DNA of 62,196 nt, filler included, from Deltaproteobacteria bacterium (GTDB lineage Bacteria; JAEEML01): assembly GCA_016283195.1 (NCBI GenBank). It is 7 parts of 7 records of this genome, joined end to end, with 100 filler letters (N's around TTAATTAATTAA, not from the genome) between each part and the next. Parts side by side here need not be neighbours in the genome. Positions count along the whole stretch, not along the records: positions 16,561 to 39,826 come from JAEEML010000083.1; 6 more parts are not named here. The stretch is one strand, 5' to 3'. The position numbers and the translations under genes were made by a program. Shown piece after piece: positions 20,498-30,271 of this stretch. The notes under the pieces were generated by a model. That model had not been told where the DNA came from. It did no database searches and worked only from the letters and a program-made list of their open reading frames with translations. Within the stretch, counting starts at the first letter, position 1, and the number at the start of each line of letters is the position of its first letter.

Positions 20498-22780
20498 TTA
20501 TTGAAGATTCATCGGATATGGTATGCCGTATACAATTATATTAATATAAGTATCCCAGTCTGGATGATTACCCCAATTTTCCTGGGTGAGAGGGCCGGGA
20601 TCACGTTTATATAATATGTTTTTTGATAAATCTATTACCCATGAAGTAAGCAGTATTTGCGACCCGACAGCATAGGCCTGATAAGTATGCCCAGGCCAGG
20701 TGCCGGTCACAATGGCAGTGGTTGGAGTCCCTACAGTTTGGGGAACATTAATATAATAGACACCGGGCTCTGTTCTTTGAACAGTTAAGCCTCCCATAAG
20801 AGCAGTGAAACTTAAACTGGCATCACTACAATCCCAATTGGTGTGACCGCTTACCGCGGCGGCTATATTGCAATGAACCCTTATTGTGCCAAAAGCTATA
20901 GCCCCGTAAAGTCCTTTGTTCCAAGCCCATGCCGGCAGAGTATCGGGAGTAACAGCCGAGATAATTTGTGTTTGAATATCCGGGTGCAAATCAGCATAAA
21001 GTATGGTGCCGTCCGTAATATGAGCATTGCTAATAACGTTAGCGGAATTTGGCAAAGAATTTTGAATGCGTGAGCTAATCTCACTATGTAAATCACGCCA
21101 TAGAATTGAGCCATCCTTGATTTTATAGCTGTCAACAGTATTATCGGCAATACCTAAAGCCTCGCCGCCTATAGTGCTTGAAGCCGCATATTTAGTGCTG
21201 TTTAAAAGAGCGTTATCGGCTTTATTGAGTGAAGCTTGCACCGAGCTATGCAACTTGGATTTTTGAATACCGGCACTGGCGCTGATATCTTCATCCAAAA
21301 TAGATCCGTTTTTAATTTTGGTGGTATCAACGGAATCGGGGGCCAATTTGCTCATGGAAACAGCTTGGTTGATAATATCGGCAGCACTTATACAACCATT
21401 GGGATTTTGGCATTCGAGATCGGTTGCCGGGCCGCCGGGCGCAGTGGAGGCGGCATAATTGAAATTGCCGGTTAAAGCATTATCGGCTCTCGCCAAAGAA
21501 GCTTGCACGGAGCTGTCGAGTTTAGACCTTTTAATGCCGGCATTTTCGGCAATATCCTCATCCATGATGGAACCGTTTTTAATATTTATGCTTTCAACGG
21601 CTTCTTCTGCTAATTTGTCGTGTGAAACAGCCATGTTAGCTATTTCGTTTTCACCAACGCAGCCGCTATTTATACAATCGAGATCGGTGGCCGGGCCGCC
21701 AGGCATGGTGGAGGCAGCATAATTGGAGTTGGCGGAAAGGGCGTTATCGGCTTTATCAAGAGAGGCTTGCACGGAGCTGTCAAGTTTTGCCCTTTGGATG
21801 GCGGCCTCGAAACTTATATCTTCATCTTTAATGGAGCCATTTTCGATATTGTCGCCGTTTACGGCATCTGAGGCCAGTTTATCATGAGAAACAGCCATGG
21901 AGGCTATTTCATTTTCACCAACACAACCGGCTGCGGCGCAATTAAGATCGGTGGCCGGGCCGCCAGGGTAATCGGCTGCGGCATAGCTTGTGGAATCCGG
22001 CAGGGCCCTATCGGCTTTATCAAGAGAAGCTTGCACGGAGCTGGCGAGTTTCGACTTTTGAATTCCGGCACTGTCGCTAATATCTGCGTCTAAAATTGAG
22101 TTATTCTTAATTTTTAAAGTATCTACCGAATCAGCCGCTAATTTATTCATAGAAACCGCGAGGTTTTCCAGATCACTGGTGCCAACACAACCGGCGGAAT
22201 TAGCGCATTTAAGGTCGCTGGCCGGGCCGCCTTTGCTGCTTGAAGCGGCATAATTAAAAGAAATCTTGCTGTCTGAGATGGAGTTATCAGCAAGCGGGCC
22301 TTCACCGATACTCTCTCCAAGGCCGTTTAACTTGGATTTAATAGTGCTATCAAGTTGATTTTCGGTAACGCAGCCTGCGCATTGCAAATCTTCGGCACTG
22401 CCGGCATGGTCGGCGTAAGAAGCCATAATGGAAAAAGGCGTTGAATTTATAGGTATTCTGGGGCTCAGTTCCACATCGCCTATGGTGATAGCGAGTTCTA
22501 AACGGCCGGCGGCTATCACCTGCTCTTCGTCAATACCGTCAATGGTGAAGTTATAATAACCGTCTTCCACCGCAATATCTTTGGTGACTTCTTTAATAAC
22601 TTCGCCCATGCCATTGTAAATCTTGGCAGTTATTGAATAATTACCGTTAGCTAGTGCTCCGTCCTCGCGGATAATACCGTGATGAGTAAAACTCATGGGC
22701 ACCATAGCCAGCGCCGCAGCACTATCTCCCAGTAAGAGTCCCAAAGTAAGAAGGCAGCTCAAGAAAGTTTTGCAATGCAT
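20498..22780 (-). CDS. Secreted fibre/adhesin-like protein with ~88-aa stalk repeats (paralog of 3794..5242)
   Basis: Signal peptide; VPMSFTHHGII...PRIPINSTPFSIMA; repeats YAAS..PGGPATDLxC...KLxSSVQASLxKADNAL; ends IIVYGIP. Confidence 0.72.
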   Translation of the reverse strand: MHCKTFLSCLLTLGLLLGDSAAALAMVPMSFTHHGIIREDGALANGNYSITAKIYNGMGEVIKEVTKDIAVEDGYYNFTIDGIDEEQVIAAGRLELAITIGDVELSPRIPINSTPFSIMASYADHAGSAEDLQCAGCVTENQLDSTIKSKLNGLGESIGEGPLADNSISDSKISFNYAASSSKGGPASDLKCANSAGCVGTSDLENLAVSMNKLAADSVDTLKIKNNSILDADISDSAGIQKSKLASSVQASLDKADRALPDSTSYAAADYPGGPATDLNCAAAGCVGENEIASMAVSHDKLASDAVNGDNIENGSIKDEDISFEAAIQRAKLDSSVQASLDKADNALSANSNYAASTMPGGPATDLDCINSGCVGENEIANMAVSHDKLAEEAVESINIKNGSIMDEDIAENAGIKRSKLDSSVQASLARADNALTGNFNYAASTAPGGPATDLECQNPNGCISAADIINQAVSMSKLAPDSVDTTKIKNGSILDEDISASAGIQKSKLHSSVQASLNKADNALLNSTKYAASSTIGGEALGIADNTVDSYKIKDGSILWRDLHSEISSRIQNSLPNSANVISNAHITDGTILYADLHPDIQTQIISAVTPDTLPAWAWNKGLYGAIAFGTIRVHCNIAAAVSGHTNWDCSDASLSFTALMGGLTVQRTEPGVYYINVPQTVGTPTTAIVTGTWPGHTYQAYAVGSQILLTSWVIDLSKNILYKRDPGPLTQENWGNHPDWDTYINIIVYGIPYPMNLQ
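21190..22256 (-). repeat. Four tandem in-frame ~265-bp repeats in the fibre gene
   Basis: YAA motif recurs near 22255, 21988, 21724, 21460 and 21192. Confidence 0.85.
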
Positions 22781-22913
22781 ATTATTTCTCCCACTAAGTT
22801 CATATCGAAAGCCGATATACCGGATTCCATATTACCAGCTTTTTTAACTACATTAACACTAGTAAGTTGCAAAAAATTGTACAAATATTTAGAAAGATGG
22901 CGGAGGTTTTACG

Positions 22914-24617
22914 ATGAAACTACAAAAAATACTTATTTTACCCTTGATGTTAACAGCTTGCACACCACATGGCGGCTCTGCACCGCAGGCGGGAGAGGAG
23001 CAAAATAAAAAAATGAGTACAGCAGCCCAGGAAGATCCGGCGGCAAAATTTGTCAAAGATTTTTCCGCTACTTGGCAGCCGCTTTTTAAAGAGGCCAATC
23101 TCGGTTGGTGGGAAGCCAACACCACCGGCAGCGATGCGGCCTTTAAACGCGAAGAGGAGGCCGAAAATGCCCTTGATGCCCTCTATGCCGATGCGGAGAA
23201 TTTTAAAAAAATCTCCATGTGGCGGCAAAAGGTGACCGACCCGGAACTAAAGCGCTCTTTGGAAGTTATTTACCGCTATGCGCTCCCAAAACAGATTTCT
23301 GCGGAAAAACTAGCTGAAATGACTACTCTTTCAGCCAAAAGTAACCAGGCTTTTAATACCCACAGGAGCCCGGTAAACGGCAAAGAGCTCACCGAAAATG
23401 AAGTGCGGGCCATTTTGAGCACTTCCACCAGTAGTGCCGAAGTCAAAGCCGCCTGGGAAGGGTACCACCTGGTGGGCGAAAAGGTGGCCGGCGATTTAAA
23501 GAAGCTGGTGCTGCTTAGAAACGAGGCGGCCAAGGCGGCAGGATATGATAATTATTATCAAATGTCGCTGGCTGCTATGGAGATTGATGAAGCAGAGCTT
23601 TTTAAACTCTTGGATGAGTTGGCTCTCCTCACCGATGAGCCCTTTGCCCGCCTTAAAGGTGAAATTGATAAAGCGCTCGCTAAGAAATTCGGCATAACTC
23701 CGGAAGAGCTCATGCCCTGGCATCATCAGGATCTCTTTTTCCAAGAGGTGCCGGAAGTTTCCGGCCCCAGCCTTGATGAAGTGTATAAAAACGCCGATCT
23801 CCTTAAAATTGTTCCTGAATATTATAAGAGCATCGGCCTGGAAACAGCCGCTATTTTAGAAAAGAGCAGCCTTTTTGAAGCTCCCGGCAAAAGCCCGCAC
23901 GCTTTTATGGTTGATATAGATAGAGAAGGCGATGTGCGCATTTTAACCAATTTGAAAAATAGCGCATACTGGGCCGATACGCTGCTGCATGAGCTGGGCC
24001 ACGGCGTCTATCAGGTGAATATTTCTCATGATTTACCAATTATTTTGCGCGAGGCGGCTCATGAGTGCATTACAGAAGGGGTGGCCATGATGTTTGGCTC
24101 GCTCTCTAAAGATGAATGCTTTTTGCGCCGGGCCCTTGGTGCGGATGATGCCGATCTCATTGCCGCTGCCAAAAAGTCGCACGCCATGGAAGAGCTCATC
24201 TTTAGCCGCTGGGCTCAGGTGATGATTCGCTTTGAAAAGGAGCTCTATGAAAAGCCGGAGAGCGATCTTAATGCCCGCTGGTGGGAGCTCAAAAAGCGCT
24301 ATCAGCTGATAAATACCCCGGAAGGGCGCGATAAGCCCGATTACGCCGCCAAGATGCACTTTATCGGCGCGCCGGTTTATTATCAAAATTATCTTTATGG
24401 CCACCTTTTTGCCGCCCAGCTTTTGGAATATTTGCGTAGTAGCAACAAGTTAGCCAGTGACGAAGGCTGCTTTTATGGCCACAAAGAGGTGGGCGATCAG
24501 CTCAAAAAAGAGCTTTTTGCCCCCGGCATGAGCTTGCCTTGGCCGCTTCTAGTAGAAAAGGTGACCGGCGCGCCGCTCTCGGCTAAGGCTTTTGCCAAAG
24601 AGATTGAAGGAATCTGA
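22914..24617 (+). CDS. M2/M3-type zinc metallopeptidase lipoprotein (peptidyl-dipeptidase A-like)
   Basis: Lipobox LTAC; HELGH plus downstream TEGVA glutamate; DYAAKMHF..PVYYQNY. Confidence 0.88.
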   Translation: MKLQKILILPLMLTACTPHGGSAPQAGEEQNKKMSTAAQEDPAAKFVKDFSATWQPLFKEANLGWWEANTTGSDAAFKREEEAENALDALYADAENFKKISMWRQKVTDPELKRSLEVIYRYALPKQISAEKLAEMTTLSAKSNQAFNTHRSPVNGKELTENEVRAILSTSTSSAEVKAAWEGYHLVGEKVAGDLKKLVLLRNEAAKAAGYDNYYQMSLAAMEIDEAELFKLLDELALLTDEPFARLKGEIDKALAKKFGITPEELMPWHHQDLFFQEVPEVSGPSLDEVYKNADLLKIVPEYYKSIGLETAAILEKSSLFEAPGKSPHAFMVDIDREGDVRILTNLKNSAYWADTLLHELGHGVYQVNISHDLPIILREAAHECITEGVAMMFGSLSKDECFLRRALGADDADLIAAAKKSHAMEELIFSRWAQVMIRFEKELYEKPESDLNARWWELKKRYQLINTPEGRDKPDYAAKMHFIGAPVYYQNYLYGHLFAAQLLEYLRSSNKLASDEGCFYGHKEVGDQLKKELFAPGMSLPWPLLVEKVTGAPLSAKAFAKEIEGI

Positions 24618-24703
24618 GTCACTCCTTCTTCTTCTCTGTTTTGAACAAATCATGTTTTTTCTTTTTGGGAAAACCTTTGCTCACGGTGCGGCCACTTTTT
24701 TAC

Positions 24704-24975
24704 TGCAGTGCCCGTTTCTGCTCGTTACTAGTTCTTTATTTTATTCTGTTTTTTGTGGGGAAGAAACCTCCGCTAATTTCGAAGCGCTCAGGTTTCTTCC
24801 CCACGCCCCTTCTTCCGCCGCACGACCAAGGGACACCCTTGGAACCCGGGAGTTCAATAAAAATGGCTTTGTTTATGCCATGTTACAAAATCATTCTCTG
24901 CTTATTTGTCTTAAAAGCCAGAGGCCACACTTGAGAACAGGTATGAGTAGCCTGCCTCTGGCTTAGCCGGGGCTG
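24704..24975 (+). repeat. Dispersed structured repeat, copy A
   Basis: Aligns by eye with reverse-strand copies at 45764-46040, 47788-48155 and 61590-61955 (cgaagcgct, cacgaccaagggacacccttggaacccg, catgttacaaaat, ttaaaagccagaggccacacttgaga). Confidence 0.9.
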
Positions 24976-25030
24976 GCCGCCCCGGTTAAGCGGACCCCTC
25001 CTCATCAAGTAGTGGAAATCATTAAAAATC

Positions 25031-25055
25031 GCCCCTCCCCGATGCAGGGAGGGGC
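25031..25055. terminator. GC-rich hairpin 3' of the DUF499 gene (possible terminator)
   Basis: gcccctccc-cgatgca-gggaggggc; a TTTTT run follows on the minus strand. Confidence 0.55.
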
Positions 25056-25064
25056 TCCAATTCA

Positions 25065-25093
25065 CTCGTCTCTACTTTCAAGGGGACAGTTCA
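25065..25093. mobile_element. Isolated IS3-family-like terminal inverted repeat
   Basis: tctactttcaaggggacagttca is nearly identical to tctactttgaagggtacagttca at 57562-57584; TGAACTG...AGA-type end. Confidence 0.55.
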
Positions 25094-28000
25094 TTACTTC
25101 TTGAAGCCGAAATCTTCAACTTTAAGGGTGCGGCAATTTTCGGAAACAGTGCGCACTGTGGTGTGGGGGAAGCCATCCGGGGCATAGGCATTTACTTCAA
25201 AGGAGAGCTCCACTTCACAATTATCCACTGCCGAGAGGTGGGGAATAATCTCGGTGAGGTAATTTTGTAATTCGCGGTTGGCTCTTATGTTGTCGAGCGT
25301 TACCCGCATATAAAATTTGCGGTCCGGCGCCGGCTCTTGGGCTGCCTCTGCGGGAGCTTTTACGGCCGGGGCCGGTGCGGCGGCCGGGGCGGCAGCTATA
25401 TAGGTGCTGTTATTCACATTTTCGGCGCTTTTTACTATTTCGCGCTCTTTCTTTTGGCGCTCTTCCTCTTTAATGGCCTGAGCTATTTTAACCAGGTAAT
25501 CGCTGGGATAAATATCAATAATTTCCTTGCCGTGCCTAAGTGCTGTATAGCCGCTAGCGGTAACATCAGAAGCAATGGCAAAGGTATCGGCCGCCACACC
25601 GGCTCTAATAGTGCTTTCCAAAACGGCAAAACTGGCCAGGCGTGGCAGGTAACAGTAAGTGGAAAGATAATCCCAAAGCTTTTTGAGCTGAATATGGTCA
25701 CTATCCTGCCAGAGCAGATTATCCAGCTCCATTTTGAGCAAAACTGGTGCCCATTTGGTAATAAGTTGATCGTTTTGCGTAAGTTTTGAGAGCGCTTTGG
25801 CCACTATCGGGGCATTGCCCGCCAGGCGCTCGCTATCCCAGATAATCGTCTTTATATCGGCGCTGTTATCAATGCGTGGCACCAAAAGCCAGCAATAGGC
25901 TTCCTTTAAGCGGCTTTCCACCGCTTCACTGCATCTTAGAATATTGGACTCGGTTTCCAGATTTTGGCTGGCATCGAGGTTGAGGCTGGTTTTATCCCGG
26001 AGAATGGACTCCCAGGCCAAAAGCTCTTTCACTGCCCGTATGAGCCCTTCATCCACGAGCTTTTTATCCGCAGCAATAAAGAGCAGCATATTTCTATAAG
26101 TGCGCGGGGTAAGCCCACGTTTATTAAGTATTTCTTCGGCTTTTTGCAACGCTTTTGAGTCGTTTGCGCCGGCCATAAAATTATCAGTCGGTTTCAAAAT
26201 AACCAGGCGGGCGGTCTGTTCGTCGGCCACATCGGCCGAAGAGGCGGGGCAGGCGTGCAAAGCGGCAAGTGGCCCCTCTTTATGCAATTTGCGCAGCCTT
26301 TTTTCTATTTCTTCTTCGGCTTCGGCTTGTTTTACCTGGGCAGCCCGGTCGTTGGCTGTTTTGCGCAGGGTCGGGCGAGTGTCGTACCAATAGCGCGTGC
26401 CCTCTTGATTGGAGTAAAGATAAGTGAGAGAACAACGCAGCGTATTAAGCGCGTCGTTGAATTCCGCTATATTTTCACCAGGTTGCACAACACCAAGGCG
26501 AATGTGCGCCGCTTCTATGCCGCGGATATTTTGGCCGCGGGCGGTGGGAGCGCTACCCAGTAAAATGGTGCGGGCCACGCGGCGGGCGGCCATTCTTTGT
26601 CCATGACGTTTGCCGTCCAGACTATAGGGGGAGGAGCGTTTGCCATCCACTTCGGAATCGATAATGGCATTCCAGGTTTCTGGCAGATAACGCACCAATT
26701 CTTCTTTTACCAGCGGGATATTAAGCGGCAAAGAGCCGGGCATAATCATGGCTCCGGCGTCGCCGGCCATCCATAGTTCGTGGATAACGGCGGCCATCAG
26801 GCGCAAAACGCCGCGGGTGCGCTGAAAATGTTCCAAAGTGGCCCATTCTTCATAGAGGCGGTCAAAAATCTCCGGGTGAATGGGGTAGCAGGAGATGAGG
26901 CGTTTTTTATAATCCAGTTCGCGGCAGTCAATGGGAAAATCGCTCTGATTTTCTTTATACATGCGGCTAAAGGCGCTGCAAACCGCTTCGCGCTCCTCCT
27001 CTTTTTGGCAATCGAGAAAGAGGCGGCGGCGCACAATTTCAAAGCCTTCGCTGGCGGCCACCGGTTTCCATATAGATTCTTTGCGCCCAAAGGTGTGCTC
27101 AATGGCTTCCAGGGCTTTTTGCCCGGCTTCGCCGCCGATTTCCACTGCCGATTCGGGAATGGAAGCCACTACCATGCTGTTCTTGCTGGCACTGGCCGCT
27201 TCGGTTATCTCCTGAATAAAGGTGATAAAATTATCAAAAGATCCGGCCGGCAGGCCGCTTATACCATAGATTTTGCGGGCATAAGCCACCAGTTCGTCCA
27301 GCAGAATGAGGCAGGGGCCGCAGGCATCAAAGAGGTTTTTGAGTGCTTCGCTACCGGGCGAGACGCCCTTTTTATCGGCCTCTTTTACATAATCGTAAAG
27401 GGCGGGCTTACCGGCGGCCTGGGCGAGTTGGGCGGCCATTTCGCCCCAAATAGTGTTAATGGTAATACCCGGCATATTAGCCGGCCTTTTGGCGCGCGAA
27501 GGGTCAAGCGCGGTGCCCACCAGCACCGCCACGCGGACAGAGGGCAATTCGCTTATCCCAGCTTCATCCAGAAGCGCTTTTAAATTGGGTATTTTATCCG
27601 GCGCCACCGTAGCTCTTGCCAGGTGGTAAAGCGCCAAAAGGCTATGGGTTTTGCCGCCGCCGAAAGCGGTTTTGAGCTGCAAAACCGGCTCGCCATTTTC
27701 TTCTTTAAAGCGCCTTATTGCCTGTAATAAAAGGCCTTTCATGCCGGCGGTGATGTAGGTGCGGGCAAAAAATTCCACCGGGTCTTTGTATTCTATAGCG
27801 CCTTCGCCGCGCACCACCTGAGCGAGGTCAGCCGCAAATTCGGCATTTAAATAGCGGCCCTCGGCCACATCGGGGTGCGGCTCGATAACTGTGCACCAGC
27901 TGGGCAGGTTAAGCCCTTTGAAAGTGAGCGGCGCTATATCTTCCTTTGGCGCGGCGGGAGCGGGAGCCGGCACTTTGGCGCCGGCAAGAGACCCTTCACT

Positions 28001-28444
28001 ATTGCCGTAACGCAGCTCGCGCAGAAGAGCGCGGATTTCTTCGGCGGCCGGCAGTTCGCTAATGCCGCTCAAAAGGCGGGCCATGGTGTCGAGATGGCGC
28101 TCGGCATCTTCTTTGGGCATATCTTGAGTGCCCTTATGGGCCACCGTGTTGCGCGCGCCCATGAGCTCTTTGGCCCAGTTGCGGCAATCGGGCGCCAAAA
28201 GGCGGCGGAAGAGGCGGCCCCATTCGCGGTCAAAAAGGCGCAGGCAATTAGGCACATCGAGTGCGGCGGTTAGCTCCTCATTGCTTCCCTCGGTCGGCAA
28301 ATCGCGGCTATGGTCCAAATCATCCAAAAGCTCTTTCCACCAGGCCTCCTTATATTCGCGCTTCATTTCAGTGGCGATATATTCGGCCATTTTGTGGTGA
28401 AGGATACGAAAAGCCTTTTGCACATATTCAATATTTTCTGCCAT
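25094..28444 (-). CDS. Swt1-like HEPN + DUF499 AAA+ ATPase
   Basis: N-terminal RNTVAH (RxxxxH); PHPDV..G...EFAADL; LKTAFGGGKTHSLLALYH; LLDELVAY; YPIHPE; FQRTRGVLRL. Confidence 0.9.
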   Translation of the reverse strand: MAENIEYVQKAFRILHHKMAEYIATEMKREYKEAWWKELLDDLDHSRDLPTEGSNEELTAALDVPNCLRLFDREWGRLFRRLLAPDCRNWAKELMGARNTVAHKGTQDMPKEDAERHLDTMARLLSGISELPAAEEIRALLRELRYGNSEGSLAGAKVPAPAPAAPKEDIAPLTFKGLNLPSWCTVIEPHPDVAEGRYLNAEFAADLAQVVRGEGAIEYKDPVEFFARTYITAGMKGLLLQAIRRFKEENGEPVLQLKTAFGGGKTHSLLALYHLARATVAPDKIPNLKALLDEAGISELPSVRVAVLVGTALDPSRAKRPANMPGITINTIWGEMAAQLAQAAGKPALYDYVKEADKKGVSPGSEALKNLFDACGPCLILLDELVAYARKIYGISGLPAGSFDNFITFIQEITEAASASKNSMVVASIPESAVEIGGEAGQKALEAIEHTFGRKESIWKPVAASEGFEIVRRRLFLDCQKEEEREAVCSAFSRMYKENQSDFPIDCRELDYKKRLISCYPIHPEIFDRLYEEWATLEHFQRTRGVLRLMAAVIHELWMAGDAGAMIMPGSLPLNIPLVKEELVRYLPETWNAIIDSEVDGKRSSPYSLDGKRHGQRMAARRVARTILLGSAPTARGQNIRGIEAAHIRLGVVQPGENIAEFNDALNTLRCSLTYLYSNQEGTRYWYDTRPTLRKTANDRAAQVKQAEAEEEIEKRLRKLHKEGPLAALHACPASSADVADEQTARLVILKPTDNFMAGANDSKALQKAEEILNKRGLTPRTYRNMLLFIAADKKLVDEGLIRAVKELLAWESILRDKTSLNLDASQNLETESNILRCSEAVESRLKEAYCWLLVPRIDNSADIKTIIWDSERLAGNAPIVAKALSKLTQNDQLITKWAPVLLKMELDNLLWQDSDHIQLKKLWDYLSTYCYLPRLASFAVLESTIRAGVAADTFAIASDVTASGYTALRHGKEIIDIYPSDYLVKIAQAIKEEERQKKEREIVKSAENVNNSTYIAAAPAAAPAPAVKAPAEAAQEPAPDRKFYMRVTLDNIRANRELQNYLTEIIPHLSAVDNCEVELSFEVNAYAPDGFPHTTVRTVSENCRTLKVEDFGFKK

Positions 28445-28510
28445 TTAGCTCACCCACTCAGCACTTTGTATTCTATAGAAAGCGTTTACAGTTTTCTTGA
28501 ACATCCGATT

Positions 28511-28585
28511 AACTTACTTAAAACTTACTTAAAACTTACTTAAAACTTACTTAAAACTTACTTAAAACTTACTTAAAACTTACTT
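28511..28585. repeat. 11-bp tandem repeat AACTTACTTAA x ~6.8
   Basis: Perfect tandem copies that overlap the stop codon of 28580..30256. Confidence 0.97.
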
Positions 28586-30256
28586 TCTCAAAAACCATGT
28601 CACAGCACTAGTTTTCCCGCATGAGTCAATAGTTTTATCGTTAGTTTTCATTATTTGCAATAAATTTGATAACTTTCGTTTTTTTTGAGCGCTGGTCTTT
28701 ACTCCAGGAAGAAGGTCTTCTACTACACTATATATCTCTTTCATGGTCGCTTTCCCGGCTTTTTCCAGATACTTAATGATAAAGAGTTTGCATTTTTCAT
28801 CACCCATTCCACTGTTCTTTATATAATCCTTGGTGTCCCCAACAGCATTAGCAATACTATATGCCACAAATATATTGGGATATCGCCCTTCAACAAGTCC
28901 AGCTTTTTTGAGACGTACATAGTCCTCACGCAAAATGGCTTCCTTCTTCTGAATCTTGTCTAATAGGAATACTGTTTGAATGTCCAATTTGCGGTAAACA
29001 TTTAGTAATTGTGTATAATTACTATCAAGTATCTTTCCATACACAGTCACTTTTACACGATTTGGTTCGGATAAATCATAGCTTGGTAATGGGAAATAGC
29101 GCTCACGTTGTATATTGAACATGGTAGGAATCCCAATGGCATTTGAGTCAATCATATACAGATTGACCATGGCATTACAAAGGAATGCGTTGCGGTAATA
29201 TGGTGGCTTGTAACCTGGTTCTAAAGCCCGTTCAATGGTCTCAGGAATAAAATGTCCTTCATTTATAAATACCAGGCAATTTTCAAACTCTTCCAGGTTG
29301 ATTTTACCCCTTAGTGTATAATCCTGATGAGCGATGCAATTATGCAGAAGCTCTTTGATTAGATTAGGATTATACATATCAACTTCATCGGGAAATAGTG
29401 TTTGCTGCCCGGCAATATAGCGGTATTTTACATTGCGAATATGTTTAAATACCTCATCAACAGCCAGGAGAAACGGAGTATCAAAGTGCTCATAGGTTTT
29501 AATCCGACCATCGGAATTATAGAGCGACCATGTAATACGAGGTATAAAACCGTCAAAATAATTTTTGGCGTATTCACCGCCAAGCAAAATCAAGGCTGTG
29601 CGAGTAATCTTGCCATCAAGTAAAATACCGGCTTTGTTTAAAAGAGAAATATCATCAAGACCACTCAAGTATGCCGAATCTTTACCACGGTTGCTTTCGT
29701 GCTTAATAAATAGCTCCCTAGCGCGCCTAACAGCCAGCGGATCAAGAACATCAAAATTGGCCTCAGCAACTATTTCCTTCGACCAATCGTAGCCAATTTG
29801 ATGACGTATTTCGTCCATTTTATTAAGTGGCAATGGTTCCAAAGAGTCACCGACACGGGAATAAGCCATATCGTTCCAAGTGGTTGGGATACCAGGTACA
29901 GCTGGCGGAATTTGGAACATAATAACCCGTTTGCCTGATACAGTTAACGTATATATTTCGAGGAATGTTAGCGCCTGGTTGGTTTTGTCTTTGATTTCTT
30001 TTTTCAAACTATGCAGTGACTTCTCATCATTTCTAAAGTTTGAGCCAACAATACTCATGTTATTATCTACGCCAAATATTAACCATGCCTCTTGTTTCTT
30101 ATGTAGATTGGCTTCATTACTTAGAGCTGAGAAATACTGGCCAATATCATTAAAATGGTAATTATTTCTCGCTTCTTTTACTTCGATAACCTCGTTTTCC
30201 GGATGCTTAAGCAAGCTACTGAGTACAGCATTCAGTTCAGATGGATTATAAATCAT
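28580..30256 (-). CDS. AlbA_2 (Schlafen-like) + HATPase_c_4 (RecG C-terminal-like) + wHTH protein
   Basis: ENEVIEVKEA...YFSALSNEAN..AWLIFGVDN; ELLHNCIAHQDY; YRNAFLCNAMVNLYMID; AT-rich. Confidence 0.88.
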   Translation of the reverse strand: MIYNPSELNAVLSSLLKHPENEVIEVKEARNNYHFNDIGQYFSALSNEANLHKKQEAWLIFGVDNNMSIVGSNFRNDEKSLHSLKKEIKDKTNQALTFLEIYTLTVSGKRVIMFQIPPAVPGIPTTWNDMAYSRVGDSLEPLPLNKMDEIRHQIGYDWSKEIVAEANFDVLDPLAVRRARELFIKHESNRGKDSAYLSGLDDISLLNKAGILLDGKITRTALILLGGEYAKNYFDGFIPRITWSLYNSDGRIKTYEHFDTPFLLAVDEVFKHIRNVKYRYIAGQQTLFPDEVDMYNPNLIKELLHNCIAHQDYTLRGKINLEEFENCLVFINEGHFIPETIERALEPGYKPPYYRNAFLCNAMVNLYMIDSNAIGIPTMFNIQRERYFPLPSYDLSEPNRVKVTVYGKILDSNYTQLLNVYRKLDIQTVFLLDKIQKKEAILREDYVRLKKAGLVEGRYPNIFVAYSIANAVGDTKDYIKNSGMGDEKCKLFIIKYLEKAGKATMKEIYSVVEDLLPGVKTSAQKKRKLSNLLQIMKTNDKTIDSCGKTSAVTWFLRK

Positions 30257-30271
30257 GGCTCTCGTTTTCCC

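Noticed and set aside
24592-24966. Short ORFs sharing KSQRPHLR / LKARGHT (also 45805-46071, 47724-48020, 61577-61819)
   Set aside because: They are translations of the dispersed repeat. Frames, starts and stops differ between copies, so there is no conserved protein.
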